From Macrostomum hystrix (lineage: Eukaryota; Animalia; Platyhelminthes): 64,000 nucleotides of DNA. The notes beneath the pieces are model-generated. The model did no database searches, was not told where the DNA came from, and saw nothing but the letters and a program-made list of their open reading frames with translations. A program made the position numbers and the translations under genes. Positions 23,284 through 36,904 of this stretch are shown piece by piece; position 1 is the first letter of the stretch, and every line of letters starts with the position of its first letter. The DNA lies in the NCBI GenBank assembly GCA_950097015.1, contig CATNEN010000034.1:2790001-2854000 (forward strand), read 5' to 3'.

Positions 23284-24322
23284 TGGATGATCATTCTAAG
23301 AAACGATTGTTAATGGATGATCATTCTAAGAAACGATTGTTAATGGATGATCATTCTAAGAAACGATTGTTAATGGATGATCATTCTAAGAAACTAATTG
23401 TAAATGGATGATCATTCTAAGAAACGATTGTTAATGGATGATCATTCTAAGAAACTAATTGTAAATGGATGATCATTCTAAGAAACGAATTGTTAATGGA
23501 TGATCATTCTAAGAAACGAATTGTAAATGGATGATCATTCTAAGAAACTAATTGTAAATGGATGATCATTCTAAGAAACTAATTGTAAATAGATGATTGT
23601 TCTAAGAAACGAATTGTAAATGGATGATCGTTCTAAGAAACGAATTGTTAATGGATGATCATTCTAAGAAACGAATTGTAAATTGATGAACTTTCGAAGA
23701 AACGAATTGTTAATGGATGATCATTCTAAGAAACGATTGTAAATGGATAATCATTCTAAGAAACGAATTGTAAATGGATGATCATTCTAAGAAACGAATT
23801 GTAAATGGATGATCGTTCTAAGAAACGAATTGTAAATGGATGATCATTCTAAGAAACGAATTGTAAATGGATGATCATTCTAAGAAACGATTGTTAATGG
23901 ATGATCATTCTAAGAAACGAATTGTTAATGGATGATCATTCTAAGAAACGAATTGTAAATGGATGATCATTCTAAGAAACGAATTGTTAATGGATGATCA
24001 TTCTAAGAAACTAATTGTAAATGGATGATCATTCTAAGAAACTTATTGTTAATGGATGATCATTCTAAGAAAAAAATCGTAATTGGACGATCATTCTAAG
24101 AAAAGAATCGTAATTGGACGATCATTCTAAGAAAAGAATCGTAATTGGACGATCATTCTAAGAAACGAATCGTAAATGGATGATCATTCTAAGAAACGAA
24201 TCGTAATTGAACGATCATTCTAAGAAAAGAATCGTAATTGGACGATCATTCTAAGAAACGAATCGTAAATGGATGATCATTCTAAGAAGCGAATCGTAAA
24301 TGGATGATCATTCTAAGAAGCG
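23284..24322. repeat. 30-31-bp minisatellite ATGGATGATCATTCTAAGAAACGAATTGTAA
   Basis: About 33 tandem units ending about 530 bp before the protocadherin ATG. Confidence 0.95.
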
Positions 24323-24855
24323 AATAGTATTTTAAAACTATTCAGCGCTCATATGAAGTAATTGTTAACAACGGAGACACTGACTGACATTAAAAAAGAT
24401 AATTCAACGGTCAATTAAAGCATGTATTTAAATCAAATGTAGATTATTTGACCATTCTAGGAAGCGAAGCGCGAATTCATAAGCCACAGGAAGCGGACTT
24501 GACAGGGAGAAATCTAGTCTCAGGCTTAGCAAAGTTCTGAAGCCAGGGTCAGCAGGCGAGTTGCCAGCGGCTCTGAAAGAACTGAAATGCTGATGAAAAA
24601 ACGCTACCCTGAGCGCCGCCCAGTCAACAAGGGAATCCCATCAGCCAATGACAAATACCCAGGGCTTTTCATTCGCCGGCAATAATGGCCATGTTTTGGG
24701 CCCATCCCCACTACAATCCCTCCTTGATCCCTGTCCTGGCCCAGTTCTCATATTGACCCCCCTCCCCCAATAGTGCCTCATCAGTCCCAAAGGGCAGTCA
24801 GCGGAGAGCAGCCGAATTTCATTTGATTGTCTTGACGGGACTAAAACAGATAGCA

Positions 24856-27800
24856 ATGGCGCTGTCAGCCCTGACGACAGTTATCTTCACCGCTCTCGCC
24901 GCTTCCACGGTCCAAAGTCCGCCAACGGTGATGCTTGAGGTGGACGAGGAGGCGCCGGTCGGCAAGCTTATCGAAAACCTCAAGAGTCGCCTCAGCCTGC
25001 CTGATGGCAGTCGTTTCGACATCAGCTTCTCAACTGAAGAAATTCGCCGACTCTTCCAGTTGGACTCCGGCACCGGCGAGATTCGAACTCGCGACCGGCT
25101 AGACCGAGAGGCCCTCTGTCCAGGCAGCAAGCTGGCCACGTGTCAGCGCGGCTTCAGCGTTGAGGTCCACCGAGGCGACACCAACGAGATGGAAGTCTAC
25201 TCGGTGCGCGTCGCCGTTCGCGACGTGAACGATCGCAGGCCGAGCTTCCACCCCAAGGACAAGCCGTTCCACATCAGTATCGCCGAGTCGGACAGCCCGC
25301 CCAGCATTTACTCACTGCCCGCTGCCGAGGATCTTGACGCTGCGGGGCATGACGCCATCGTCTACAACCTGGAGCCCAGCGACGACGCTGGGCGGTACTT
25401 CCGACTTGGCACCGTGTCCCGCGGCGGCCGCACCGTCCCGAGACTGGAGCTGCACCAGTCTCTGGACCGTGAGGCGCGGGACAGTTACAAGCTGGCCCTA
25501 GTCGCTACAGATGCCCAGTTTCCGGATCAGCCGGACCGGACGGAGATTCTCGTCCGAGTGCTGGACGCCAATGACAACCGTCCAGAGTTCCGGTTGTCCA
25601 GCAGCAGCTTGGTCGTGTCAGAGTGCTGCGAACTTCACCGGCCGCTGCTGCACCTTGAGGCGACTGACGCTGATGAAGACAAACGGCATCGGTTCAGCAT
25701 TGCCAGCACAGCCAGTCCGGAGGTGGCGCGCTCCTTCTACATCTCTGGAAACCAGCTGAGGCAAAATCGTTCTTTAGACTACGAAGCTTTGTCTTCCAAA
25801 GTGCTCTACGTTCCTCTGGTAGTTGAAGACTTCGGCGGCCTTAAGTCTGAGACGGACATTGAGGTTCGCATCTCCGACTGCAATGACAATTATCCAAACA
25901 TCAGTCTGGAGCTGATCGACCCGACAGTGTTAGAGAACGACCCGGCCGACAAGCTGCTGGCTAGGGTGAAAGTTCGTGACGAGGACGCTGGTGAGAACGG
26001 AACGGTAGAGTGCTCCGTCTCCGAGCAGATGCGGCAGCAGTTTGAACTGTCGCAGCGCATTGTTGATGGGCCCCACCAGACTTTCTACCAGCTGCGAAAA
26101 CTGCATGGCGCTCGGCTGGATAGAGAGGCTGCCGAGGGCGGCGATACCGTCCGGGTTGAGCTGGTTTGTCGCGACCGAGGTAAGCCGACGCCGCGGGAAA
26201 CCCGGAGCTCTGTGTCGGTGCGCGTGATCGACGAGAATGACAATCCACCGGAGCCGGAACTGCCCCGTTATCGCTTCCGCGTGCCGGAAAACCGTCCGGT
26301 GGGCACCTTTGTTGGCCGAGTTGCCGCTGTCGACCGAGACGCCGGCGAGAACGGTCGACTGAGCTTCCGGCTCGACGCAGTCGGGGAGCAGTTCTTCAGC
26401 CTCAGTCCGCGACCGCCTGCTGCTGCCGAGCTGCACACGAGACTGGCCTTCGATCGGGAGACGCGAGATACATACTCATTTGTGCTCACCGTGGAGGACA
26501 GCGGGCCCAAGGGCCGGCTGACAGTCACCGTTCCCGTTGAGGTTCTCATCGACGATGAGGACGACTCGGCACCGGTGTTCAACCGGAAGGAGTATGTCTT
26601 CCGGGTGGTGGAAGACTTTGGTCGGAACAGCAGCAGCGACAGAATTATCGGGACAGTAGAGGCCACAGACGCGGATATTGGCTACAACGGTGATATTCAT
26701 TACGAGGTTGAGCGACGCTCCCAGCCCGTCGATGGAGTATTCTTTCACTTTCGCGGCAACCAACTCTACGCCAGGGGCAACCTGGACAGGGAGCGGCGAG
26801 AGGTGATTAATCTGGACCTGCTTGCGATAAACCGCGGTCCGAAGCAGCACCGGGGTGTGGCGCACGCCAGTGTGACGCTGCTAGACGTGAATGACAATGC
26901 GCCACAGCTGGTGGGAGCTCAGCGCAAGTACAACCTGTCCGACAGCAGCCCGGCTGGGACAGAGGTATCATTTATTTAGAAACTTTATAATTTAATAATC
27001 AAGTTACCTTGAAGCTCACAACTCCCATCTGTCAGGTGCTAAGGCTGGCTAGTGTTGATCGCGACGCAGAAGAGAACGGCTCCGTGACCTACAGCTTAGT
27101 TGGACCGGACTATGGTCATTTCAGCGTTGACCCGAACCATGGCATTGTCACTCTCACCAACAGCCTGCTTAAACTGCCGCCACCTCCGCCTCAGACACCA
27201 GAGTCACGTAGGCATGAGGCACCTGGATCCGATAGGCTATATAAACTGGTGGTTCGAGCCACAGACCGCGGCCGGCCTCCATTAAGCAGCCCAGAAGAGA
27301 CATTGTTTGTCAGTGTGCTGTCTGGACAGCTGTTCAACCCAGACAGGGATGGGGCCGGCGGTGGCGGAGGTGTTGGCGGTCGCTCCGGTGGCAGCGATCG
27401 GTCGCACAATATCTCAGCCGATGCTGACAAGCACTTCTTCATTCTGCTGTGCCTGGCGGCTGTGGTCTTTGTCATCTTCTTGCTGTTGCTAGCAGTGCTT
27501 ATCTACGTCCACCGGAAGGGTGAGTGGCTAGCAGAACTGAAGCTTAAAATGCCAAGACCCGATGCAGCTTTTGAAGTAGCAAATTTAATGAGCCTGACAA
27601 TTAATTTTAACAGGCAGCGACACTCCAGCAACCAGAGAGGTTCACGGCGTCTGGTATGACAAGGCGAATGCCGATGCGGTGAGTTTCAGACGCTAGACTC
27701 AGTTCAGTTCCTTTCAGTTCCTAGACAAAGCTATATACTCGCGTTTGTCTTTACAAACTGTAAAGACAGTTAAGACAACTGCCTGTCCCATCCGCCGAAT

Positions 27801-28409
27801 CTCCGACAGGCTGACGCCGCCGATTGCAGCGAGTTCCGCTTCCCGGACGTTGTCAAAACCGTCACCGCCTCAGAGAGATCCGAGATGCCTCCGCCATCGC
27901 CGCCGCTGCCGCCGCCGCCGCTGACGCTGTCGCACGGCTGCCACTCGGGCGGCTCCGCAACACTTGTCATCGACAATGCACGCGCCCGCAGTCCCAGCCG
28001 GATGCTGAGGGACAAATTCCCCAGCTTCGGCTACCTCGCCGACTATCCGACTATTGAAGGCGAGCCGGCTTCACAGCAGCAGCAGCAGCAGCAGCAGCAG
28101 CGGCATCAGTTCCAGCTGCTCACTATGCGCAGCTGCAACGGTTACGAGTCGTTTCAGCAGCAGCACCGACAAAGGCGCACCGGTCTCGGCTCCGACCGAC
28201 TGCCCAGGAAAGCCTACGGCACCACTGCCGCCGCCGACATTCTCGGCGTTCGAGAGAACCGGTACGCTGGCTCGTCGGCTTCAGGAGCGGCGGAAACTCC
28301 AGGCGGTTACGCTGTGCTGACTGGCAGCTCAGCGGCGGCTGCGGCCGGTGATCTGGTGGTGAACCCGGCGGTGTGCCGGACGCCCTACATGACGTCGAGT
28401 TTCGTCTAG
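24856..28409 (+). CDS. Protocadherin with 7 cadherin repeats (delta-1-like architecture), TM segment and cytoplasmic tail
   Basis: Exons 24856-26964, 27036-27519, 27614-27678, ~27810-28409 (last acceptor uncertain). Signal peptide MALSALTTVIFTALAA; EC motifs DRE and DxNDN(x)P seven times; EC1 disulfide DREALCPGSKLATC; TM FFILLCLAAVVFVIFLLLLAVLIYV. Confidence 0.92.
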
Positions 28410-29227
28410 TCCAGCCCGGCCTTACCGTTAAGCCTTTGAAAATATTACGCACCATTTTCTGTTGAAATTCATGCGCTTATTCATTCATTTTGCACAGCAT
28501 TATTGTAGGAATTGAGGTTGGAGCTAAGCTTTTTAAGTCTCTGAATAGAACATTAGCCAAATATAATACTGGCGTCAAGACTCCGCTAAATGTGCAGCTT
28601 ACCATTTTAGGTAATGTGTAGTTTATGGAATGTGCAGTATCGGAAATATACTTTTCAGGTAATGTGCAGTCGAAGGTATGTGCCGCTTATGAAATGTGCA
28701 GCATCAGGAATGTGCAACAAAGGATATGTTGAGTCTAGGGAATGTGCAACGACCCCCGTAAGGCGCACTCTCATATTGACTTTGATTAGAACATTCTGTT
28801 AATTGATGCCAGTGTATACAATGTTTAGTTTAATCTCAATTATTGTTTTATTTAAGCTATCACTGCCGTCGTAGTTGTACAGTGCATGCAATCAAGATTT
28901 GATCGGAAAATATAGCTTCTTTCATCTGTCGGAGCACTGCTTTGAGATGCCTATAAAGCTAACAGCTAAATTTTGGCATTGCTTTTTTTTCTTCCTTGCA
29001 ATTCAATCCGTCTTCTCTAACGACTCGCCCACTGAATGGTTGCTTGTTTTGTCGCCAATCTCGACGCTGCTCTTGATGTCAAAATGAAGGCGTAAGGGGC
29101 GAAATCATTCTAACATTGATTTTAAGGGTCTCTTTTGTAAGAAAATACTCACGAGGCAATAATGGGACGATGCTTGCCGTGATAAGCGATGGGATCATTT
29201 ACAGGAGGGCTGCGGGCAAGGGCACAC

Positions 29228-29512
29228 AATTTGGTGACGATCTAGACCCGCAGTCAGCGAGGGAGCAGTTCTGCCCATACCGATGACTCCTGAGCACACA
29301 CGCTCACATCTGCCTTGACTTTCTCATCGTCAGGCAGTGTACACTCTCACTGTGACTTGGAGGTTGGCCCACAAGGGCGTAAATTGCACGACAAGCCCCC
29401 AAGCCTTCTCTCCGCGGCTGCACCCCAAATAAATGTGGCCTCGCGGCGGAATCGAGCTCAGGGACCTTGGCGCGAGAGACAAACGCGTTGACCGCTCTGC
29501 CAGTTACACCCA
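29228..29512 (-). mobile_element. tRNA-headed SINE, family B (full length)
   Basis: Reverse complement of the complete family consensus. Confidence 0.85.
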
Positions 29513-29534
29513 CGTAGTGATTCTATGTGAACAG

Positions 29535-31560
29535 TGATAAGATAGGAATAGTAATGGAATAATAATAGGATGGGAATAGTAATGGGATGAGAATAGCAAT
29601 GGGATGGGAATAATAACAGGATGGGAATAATAATAGGATGGGAATAGAGATGGGATGGGAATAATAATAGGATGGGAATAATAACAGGATGGGAATAATA
29701 ATAGGATGGGAATAGAAATGGGATGGGAATAGTAATGGATGGGAATAGCAATAGGATGAGAATAGTAATAGGATGGGAATAGCAATAGGATGAGAATAGT
29801 AATGGATGGGAATAGCAATAGGATGAGAATAGTAATAGGATGGGAATAGTAATAGGATGGGAATAGCAATAGGATGAGAATAGTAATAGGATTGGAATAG
29901 CAATAGGATGGGAATAGTAATAGGATGGGAATAGCAATAGGATGAGAATAGTAATAGGATGGGAATAGCAATAGGATGAGAATAGTAATGGATGGGAATA
30001 GCAATAGGATGAGAATAGTAATAGGATGGGAATAGCAATGGGATGGGAATAGTAATAGGATGGGAATAGCAATAGGATGAGAATAGTAATAGGATGGGAA
30101 TAGCAATAGGATGAGAATAGTAATAGGATAGGAATAGCAATAGGATGAGAATAGTAATAGGATGGGAATAGCAATAGGATGGGAATAGCAATGGATGGGA
30201 ATAGCAATGGATGGGAATAGCAATGGATGGGAATAGCAATGGATGGGAATAGCAATGGATGGGAATAGCAATGGATGGGAATAGCAATGGATGGGAATAG
30301 CAATGGATGGGAATAGCAATGGATGGGAATAGCAATAGGATGGGAATAGCAATGGATGGGAATAGCAATGGATGGGAATAGCAATGGATGGGTATAGCAT
30401 GGATGGGAATAATAATAGGATGGGAATAGCAATAGGATGGGAATAGCAATGGGATGGGAATAGCAATGGATGGGAATAGCAATAGAATGGGAATAGCAAT
30501 GGATGGGAATAGCAATGGATGGGAATAGCAATGGATGGGAATAGCAATGGATGGGAATAATAATAGGATGGGAATAGCAATAGGATGGGAATAGCAATGG
30601 ATGGGAATAGCAATAGGATGAGAATAGTAATGGATGGGAATAGCAATAGGATGAGAATAATAATAGGATGGGAATAGCAATAGGATGGGAATAGCAATGG
30701 ATGGGAATAGCAATGGATGGGAATAGCATGGATGGGAATAGCAATGGATGGGAATAGCATGGATGGGAATAATAATAGGATGGGAATAGCAATAGGATGG
30801 GAATAGCAATAGGATGGGAATAGCAATAGAATGGGAATAGCAATAGGATGGGAATAGCAATGGATGGGAATAGCAATAGGATGGGAATAGCAATGGATGG
30901 GAATAGCAATGGATGGGAATAGCAATGGATGGGAATAGCATGGATGGGAATAATAATAGGATGGGAATAGCAATAGGATGGGAATAGCAATGGATGGGAA
31001 TAGCAATGGATGGGAATAGCAATGGATGGGAATAATAATAGGATGGGAATAGCAATAGGATGGGAATAGCAATGGATGGGAATAGCAATGGATGGGAATA
31101 GTAATAGGATAGGAATAGCAATAGGATGGGAATAGCAATGGATGGGAATAGCAATGGGATGGGAATAGCAATGGATGGGAATAGCAATGGATGGGAATAG
31201 CAATGGATGGGAATAGCAATGGATGGGAATAGCAATGGATGGGAATAGTAATAGGATAGGAATAGCAATAGGATGGGAATAGCAATGGATGGGAATAGCA
31301 ATGGGATGGGAATAGCAATGGATGGGAATAGCAATGGATGGGAATAGCAATGGGATGGGAATAGCAATGGATGGGAATAGCAATGGATGGGAATAGTAAT
31401 AGGATAGGAATAGCAATAGGATGGGAATAGCAATGGATGGGAATAGCAATGGGATGGGAATAGCAATGGATGGGAATAGCAATGGATGGGAATAGCAATG
31501 GGATGGGAATAGCAATGGATGGGAATAGCAATGGATGGGAATAGTAATAGGATAGGAATA
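29535..31560. repeat. 16-18-bp purine-rich array GGATGGGAATAGCAAT(A/G)
   Basis: About 2 kb of tandem units; generates artefactual long ORFs on the minus strand. Confidence 0.95.
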
Positions 31561-32329
31561 GTAGTGGAACGGGTGTGGTGTATTTTTAAACAGAGTTCGC
31601 AAACGTATTTTTTTGTTGAAAGTGACCTGAGCAGCATAGTTTAACAGAATGGCTTGTGCAATCCAAAGTGAGTTTCTCCGTGCTGGAATCTATTTTGTGT
31701 ATACTTTAATTAGCCATCTAATTGGTGGCAGAATATCCATCCACCTGTCCATTATGGTCCACACCTTACTCTGAGTTGACCGTGTGCATTGTTTCACAAG
31801 TGGGCTGTACGAGTTCCAGCTAAAGTGGGCCCTAGCAACAAGGTGTGTTTGGGAATGTGTGAAGTGTGATTAGTCACACACTGCTGAGAATGCTGGCTCT
31901 TAGTAAAGGTCTGACTAGGGATGAGGGGAAAAAACTGGACAGCCGGGGGAAGTTGCCACGCCCCTTTCCCACATTTGCGAGTGCCAGCCACTACAAACTG
32001 CATCTGTGTCTTTGCCTGGTGGCGTGAATTTTATATGAAGGCGCATTTTGATTGTTTTGGCTTGAAGTGAAAATGCAATCTAGCTTATAGGCTACTCTTG
32101 TATCATTGTATCATTCTCAATAGACAATCCATAAAATTGACTGGCAAAAGCAGCCTTGTGATGGGAAAAATTGAAGCCTCATTTTTTTAGCTTCGATGCA
32201 TTTTGACTTTTTTGTCAGCCATTGTGCATGGCTGCTTGGCCGTAAATTGGGTTTGCCTTCTGTGAGATTGTGAGTCTTTGGGTTTTGATAAAATTTGCCT
32301 GTAAATTCTGGTTGGAAGAAGAGCAACCT

Positions 32330-32562
32330 TCAAGCGCGTTTGCCTCTCCTACCAAGGTCCCTGAGCTCGATTCCGCCGCGAGGCCACATGTATTTGGGGC
32401 TTGTCGTGCAATTTACGCTTTTGAGGGCCAACCTCCAAGGCACAGTGAGAGTGTACACTGCCTGACGTTGAGAAAGTCAGAGCAGATGTACACACCTGTG
32501 TGCGTGTGTGCTCAGGATTCAGCGAAATGGGCAGAATTGCCTCCTCGCTGGCTGTGGGTCTA
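32330..32562 (+). mobile_element. SINE family B, internally deleted
   Basis: Family motifs; followed by the CAGTCCGTGGACTG palindrome at about 32584. Confidence 0.8.
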
Positions 32563-33342
32563 GTGTCCAGTGTACATTTCTGTACAGTCCGTGGACTGTG
32601 GAGTCAGCCACACCCGCCCAGCTGATACTGGTACCCAATCAAAAGCTAATTAAGTATCTTTTTGCTCTGATCTCGGGAATTAAGCTAAGGCAGCTCATAG
32701 GCCCGTGAGCACATCCTCATTGCTCTCTGCTTTTGATAACTTATCGATTAACTGTTTGACTCGGCATGTTATGAGCAGTCGGCTTTGTCGGATTTCGCTT
32801 AGGTATATTGCAATGCTACAGATTTTCTGTTGGGATAAATATCCACACAGCTGTTGCCAGGCAGGCGTGCTGGGGAATAAACTCGTTCGGGCTGGAAGGC
32901 CGGAAATCGAAAGAGATTAACCTCCCAGCTGATTAGCATAAAATCCGCAACAGGGATATTTTCTCCTCTCCCCCGCCCACCTGGCTGGCATGCACTTCTG
33001 TTCTCGTGAGCAGCCGCTGTGGTATTTCACCAAGGTAGGCCAATAATGAGTTCCCGTGCAGTTTTTACTGCCCCTCTTGGCTTGGCACTGATGGAGATAA
33101 CCCGTCTGGGTTGTTGCTAGGCGGTTGGGATGGGGTGCGGTGTGCAGCTGGGAGAAGAATCCTGCACACTCAGGAGTCCGGGAATCAACTCAAACAGAAT
33201 ATGGGGATAACAGACGATTTAATCTCGCATCCAGCCATCAAAATGCGGATTTTTCATTCCCATCTAAGCTGTGCCGGGCATACTCATACCCCCTTGATGA
33301 ATGTTTGTAGGCCTTGGGCTACAGCTGCTGCATTGCCAAAGG

Positions 33343-33610
<268 letters not shown>

Positions 33611-34549
33611 CAATCAGGGTGTTTTTGTAGCCATGTTTAATTATGCTCTCAGCTGCCGACTTGAATTGAGGCAGAAAAATCCCAGTGTTGTCTTAAAGTG
33701 GGATCACTGAATTAGCTTTTCCTATGGGATGCGCATTACTCTTGACACATCGCTTTTTTGACAGAATACTTCAGTATTTTTAAGCAGTGATGTTGTAGGA
33801 TAGTCAGTTATACTTTTCTGATAACGGATCAGTATAGCCCAAAGATACTTCTGGCACCCTTTACCAGACAAGATTAGGTAGGATGGAAATTAATGTTCAT
33901 TTCATGTAACCCGATACGGCACTTCTGAAATTATATTTTGGACTGCCAAGCATCGTATACTTCATTAATGACCCTCCGGTGTAACAATTGAGTAACAATA
34001 TTGCCAATAAATCCCGAAAAAGCATTATTTGGCTTTTATTGTCAAATCAGACTACTGTGAGTAGACTCTGTTAAAAGAGTGCAAGCTTTAACAATAAATA
34101 ACAATCTGCTAGAAGTTACATTTTTTCTATTGTAGCAATTTAAAAAGTATTTTTATCGTCCTACTGGCAGTAGCATAAATAGGACATTCTAGAATCTGAA
34201 GATAATAGCAAATTGAGCTAGCCACCCGATGCTGCGAAGCTGAGACCAGGCGCTTGAGTCGTACTCATAAGCTTCAGTCTCGTCGCGTCTCGAGTTGAGC
34301 TTGAGAACAGCTCAAACTGAGTGGGGTTGTTGCACTGTGAAGCAAGACTGACAGGACTGTTAGCAAGGCGTCGAAATGATGAGAGCACGAAATAGATGAG
34401 AATGGCACAATTTTTGCTATTCTTTCAAGTGTAAAATTACAGTAGAACAATGCAACCGAAACAGAGACAGAGTGAGAAGACACATGCATATATATGCCAG
34501 TATAATACTAGCGCAGAAGAGAACTCGGGAACACCAGGCCGGCAGCATC

Positions 34550-36793
34550 ATGAGCAAGCGAAAGCCTTCTAAACGTGAGCAGGCGAGAAGTCCGGAGGAT
34601 GTGATGAGCACACTGACTCAAGAACAGATTCACGAATACTACGAAGCCTTCTGCATGTATGACCACGATGGCAGCGGCACTATCGATACTTCAGAGCTGG
34701 CCATCATCATGACCTCCATGGGCCAGAATGTCACCGACGAGGAGCTGGAGCGACTGGTGCATGAGGTGGATGCAGACGGTAGCTGCCAGCCTTCTATTGG
34801 TTGTTTCACTCGCATAGGCTGTAACTGTGCTGTAACTGATTGTTGTAACTGTGCTGTAACTGTGCCGTAACTGTGCTGTAACTGATTACTGTAACTGTGC
34901 TGCAACTGTGCTGTAACTGTGCCGTAACTGTGCCGTAACTGTGCTGTAACTGATTACTGTAACTGTGTTGTAACTGTGCTGTAACTGTGCTGTAACTGTG
35001 CCGTAACTGTGCTGTAACTGATTACTGTAACTGTGCTGCAACTGTGCTGTAACTGTGCCGTAACTGTGCTGTAACTGTGCTGTAACTGATTACTGTAACT
35101 GTGCTGTAACTGTGCTGTAACTGATTGTTGTAACTGTGCTGCAACTGTGCTGTAACTGTGCTGTAACTGTGCTGTAACTGTGCTTTAACTGATTACTGTA
35201 ACTGTGCTGCAACTGTGGTGTAACTGTGGTGTAACTGTGGTGTAACTGTGGTGTAACTGTGGTGTAACTGTGGTGTAACTGTGGTGTAACTGTGGTGTAA
35301 CTGTGGTGTAACTGTGGTGTAACTGTGGTGTAACTGTGGTGTAACTGTGCTGTAACTGTGGTGTAACTGTGGTGTAACTGTGGTGTAACTGTGGTGTAAC
35401 TGTGGTGTAACTGTGGTGTAACTGTGGTGTAACTGTGGTGTAACTGTGCTGTAACTGTGCTGTAACTGTGCTGTAACTGTGCTGTAACTGTTCTTGATTA
35501 CTGTAACTGTGCTGCAACTGTGCTGTAACTGTGCTGTAACTGTGGTGTAACTGTGGTGTAACTGTGGTGGAACTGTGGTGTAACTGTGGTGTAACTGTGC
35601 TGTAACTGTGCTGTAACTGTGGTGTAACTGTGGTGTAACTGTGGTGTAACTGTGGTGTAACTGTGGTGTAACTGTGGTGTAACTGTGGTGTAACTGTGGT
35701 GTAACTGTGGTGTAACTGTGGTGTAACTGTGGTGTAACTGTGCTGTAACTGTGGTGTAACTGTGGCGTAACTGTGCTGAAACAGTGCTGAAACTGCGCTG
35801 TAACTGTGCTGTAACTGTGCTGTAACTGTGCTGTAACTGTGCCTAGTGAGCTTGAGTTCACAACAGAAATGTGAAACGGGTGCTAGCAGTAGTATTTGAG
35901 TACACAACAGAAATGTGAAACGGGTGCTAGCAGTAGTATATTTGGAAGACTTGTCAGTTCGGGCAGGGGAGCTAAAGTTTAGCTCCCATCTCACAAAAAA
36001 CTCACATCTCAAGGCAGCGGCACCATCGACTTTCCTGAGTTTGTCTCGCTGATGGTGAATTATATCAACAAGCCGGTGACCAAGGATGAGATCAAAAGCG
36101 CCTTCATGGTGTTCGATGTTGACAACAAAGGTTATATACCTGCGGAAGAGCTGAGGTGAGTACTTAATGCTGTAGATGCTATTTGCAGGAGGACTGTGAG
36201 CACTGGGAGACTGTGAGCACATCATTTGGAGACTATAGACCCGCAGAAAGCGAGAAGGCAATTCTGCCCATTTCGCTGACTACTGAGCACACACGCACAT
36301 ATTTACTGTACGCAGGAACACACAGGTGTGTACATCCAGTGGCGTAGCAAGGATTTTTTGTCAGGGGGGGGCTGCACCTCTTGGCGCGGGGGCGCCACTA
36401 CCGGGAGGCACCACATAGGTTAGGGAGGAGCCAAAGCCCACTTACCCCCCCCCTTGGCTACGCCCCTGTGTACATCTGCCCTGACTTTCTTATCGTCAAT
36501 TCAGAGTGTACAATCTCTGGCGTAAATTGCACGACAAGCCCCAAAGCCTTCTCTCCGCGGCTGCGCGGAATCGAGCTCAGTACCTTCCAAAAAATGATTT
36601 CTAAATTTTATTTTCGAATGCATGATAGATTCCCATTTCTGGCTTCATCAAACAACCCAGGCGGATCCTCACCACCAGAGGCGACAGGATGACAATGGAG
36701 GAGGCTGACGAGATGATCGCGGCTGCTGATCTGGACGGCGACGGTATGATCGACTATGAAGAATTTGCCGCAGCTCTGGTGGACTCGGACTGA
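34550..36793 (+). CDS. Calmodulin-like four-EF-hand protein with a basic N-terminal extension
   Basis: Exons 34550-34778, 36014-36155, 36661-36793, phase consistent. Loops DHDGSGTIDTSE, DADGSGTIDFPE, DVDNKGYIPAEE, DLDGDGMIDYEE. Confidence 0.93.
34818..35842. repeat. 11-bp intronic array GTAACTGTG(C/G)T
   Basis: Fills intron 1 of the calmodulin-like gene, starting about 40 nt after the donor. Confidence 0.95.
36218..36581 (-). mobile_element. SINE family B split by a hAT MITE
   Basis: Family body on the minus strand on both sides of 36337-36468. Confidence 0.8.
36337..36468. mobile_element. 132-bp hAT-type MITE
   Basis: TIRs CAGTGGCGTAGCAAGG / CCTTGGCTACGCCCCTG; 8-bp TSD TGTACATC at 36329-36336 and 36469-36476. 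Confidence 0.9.
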
Positions 36794-36904
36794 ACATTGC
36801 CGCGCCGCACATTTTCTAGAAAATTAACTGTGAGCTGCGTGTATAAAGTACATATAACAGTCAATGGACACGTCCGACAAACAATATATATGAGCACATG
36901 CTAA

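Noticed and set aside
25930-27475. Antisense ORFs over the protocadherin (likewise over AK and IF exons)
   Set aside because: Expected shadow of GC3-rich coding sequence.
29458-31637. Three ~700-aa ORFs on the minus strand
   Set aside because: All three frames are open because the 16-bp repeat has no stop on that strand; artefact.
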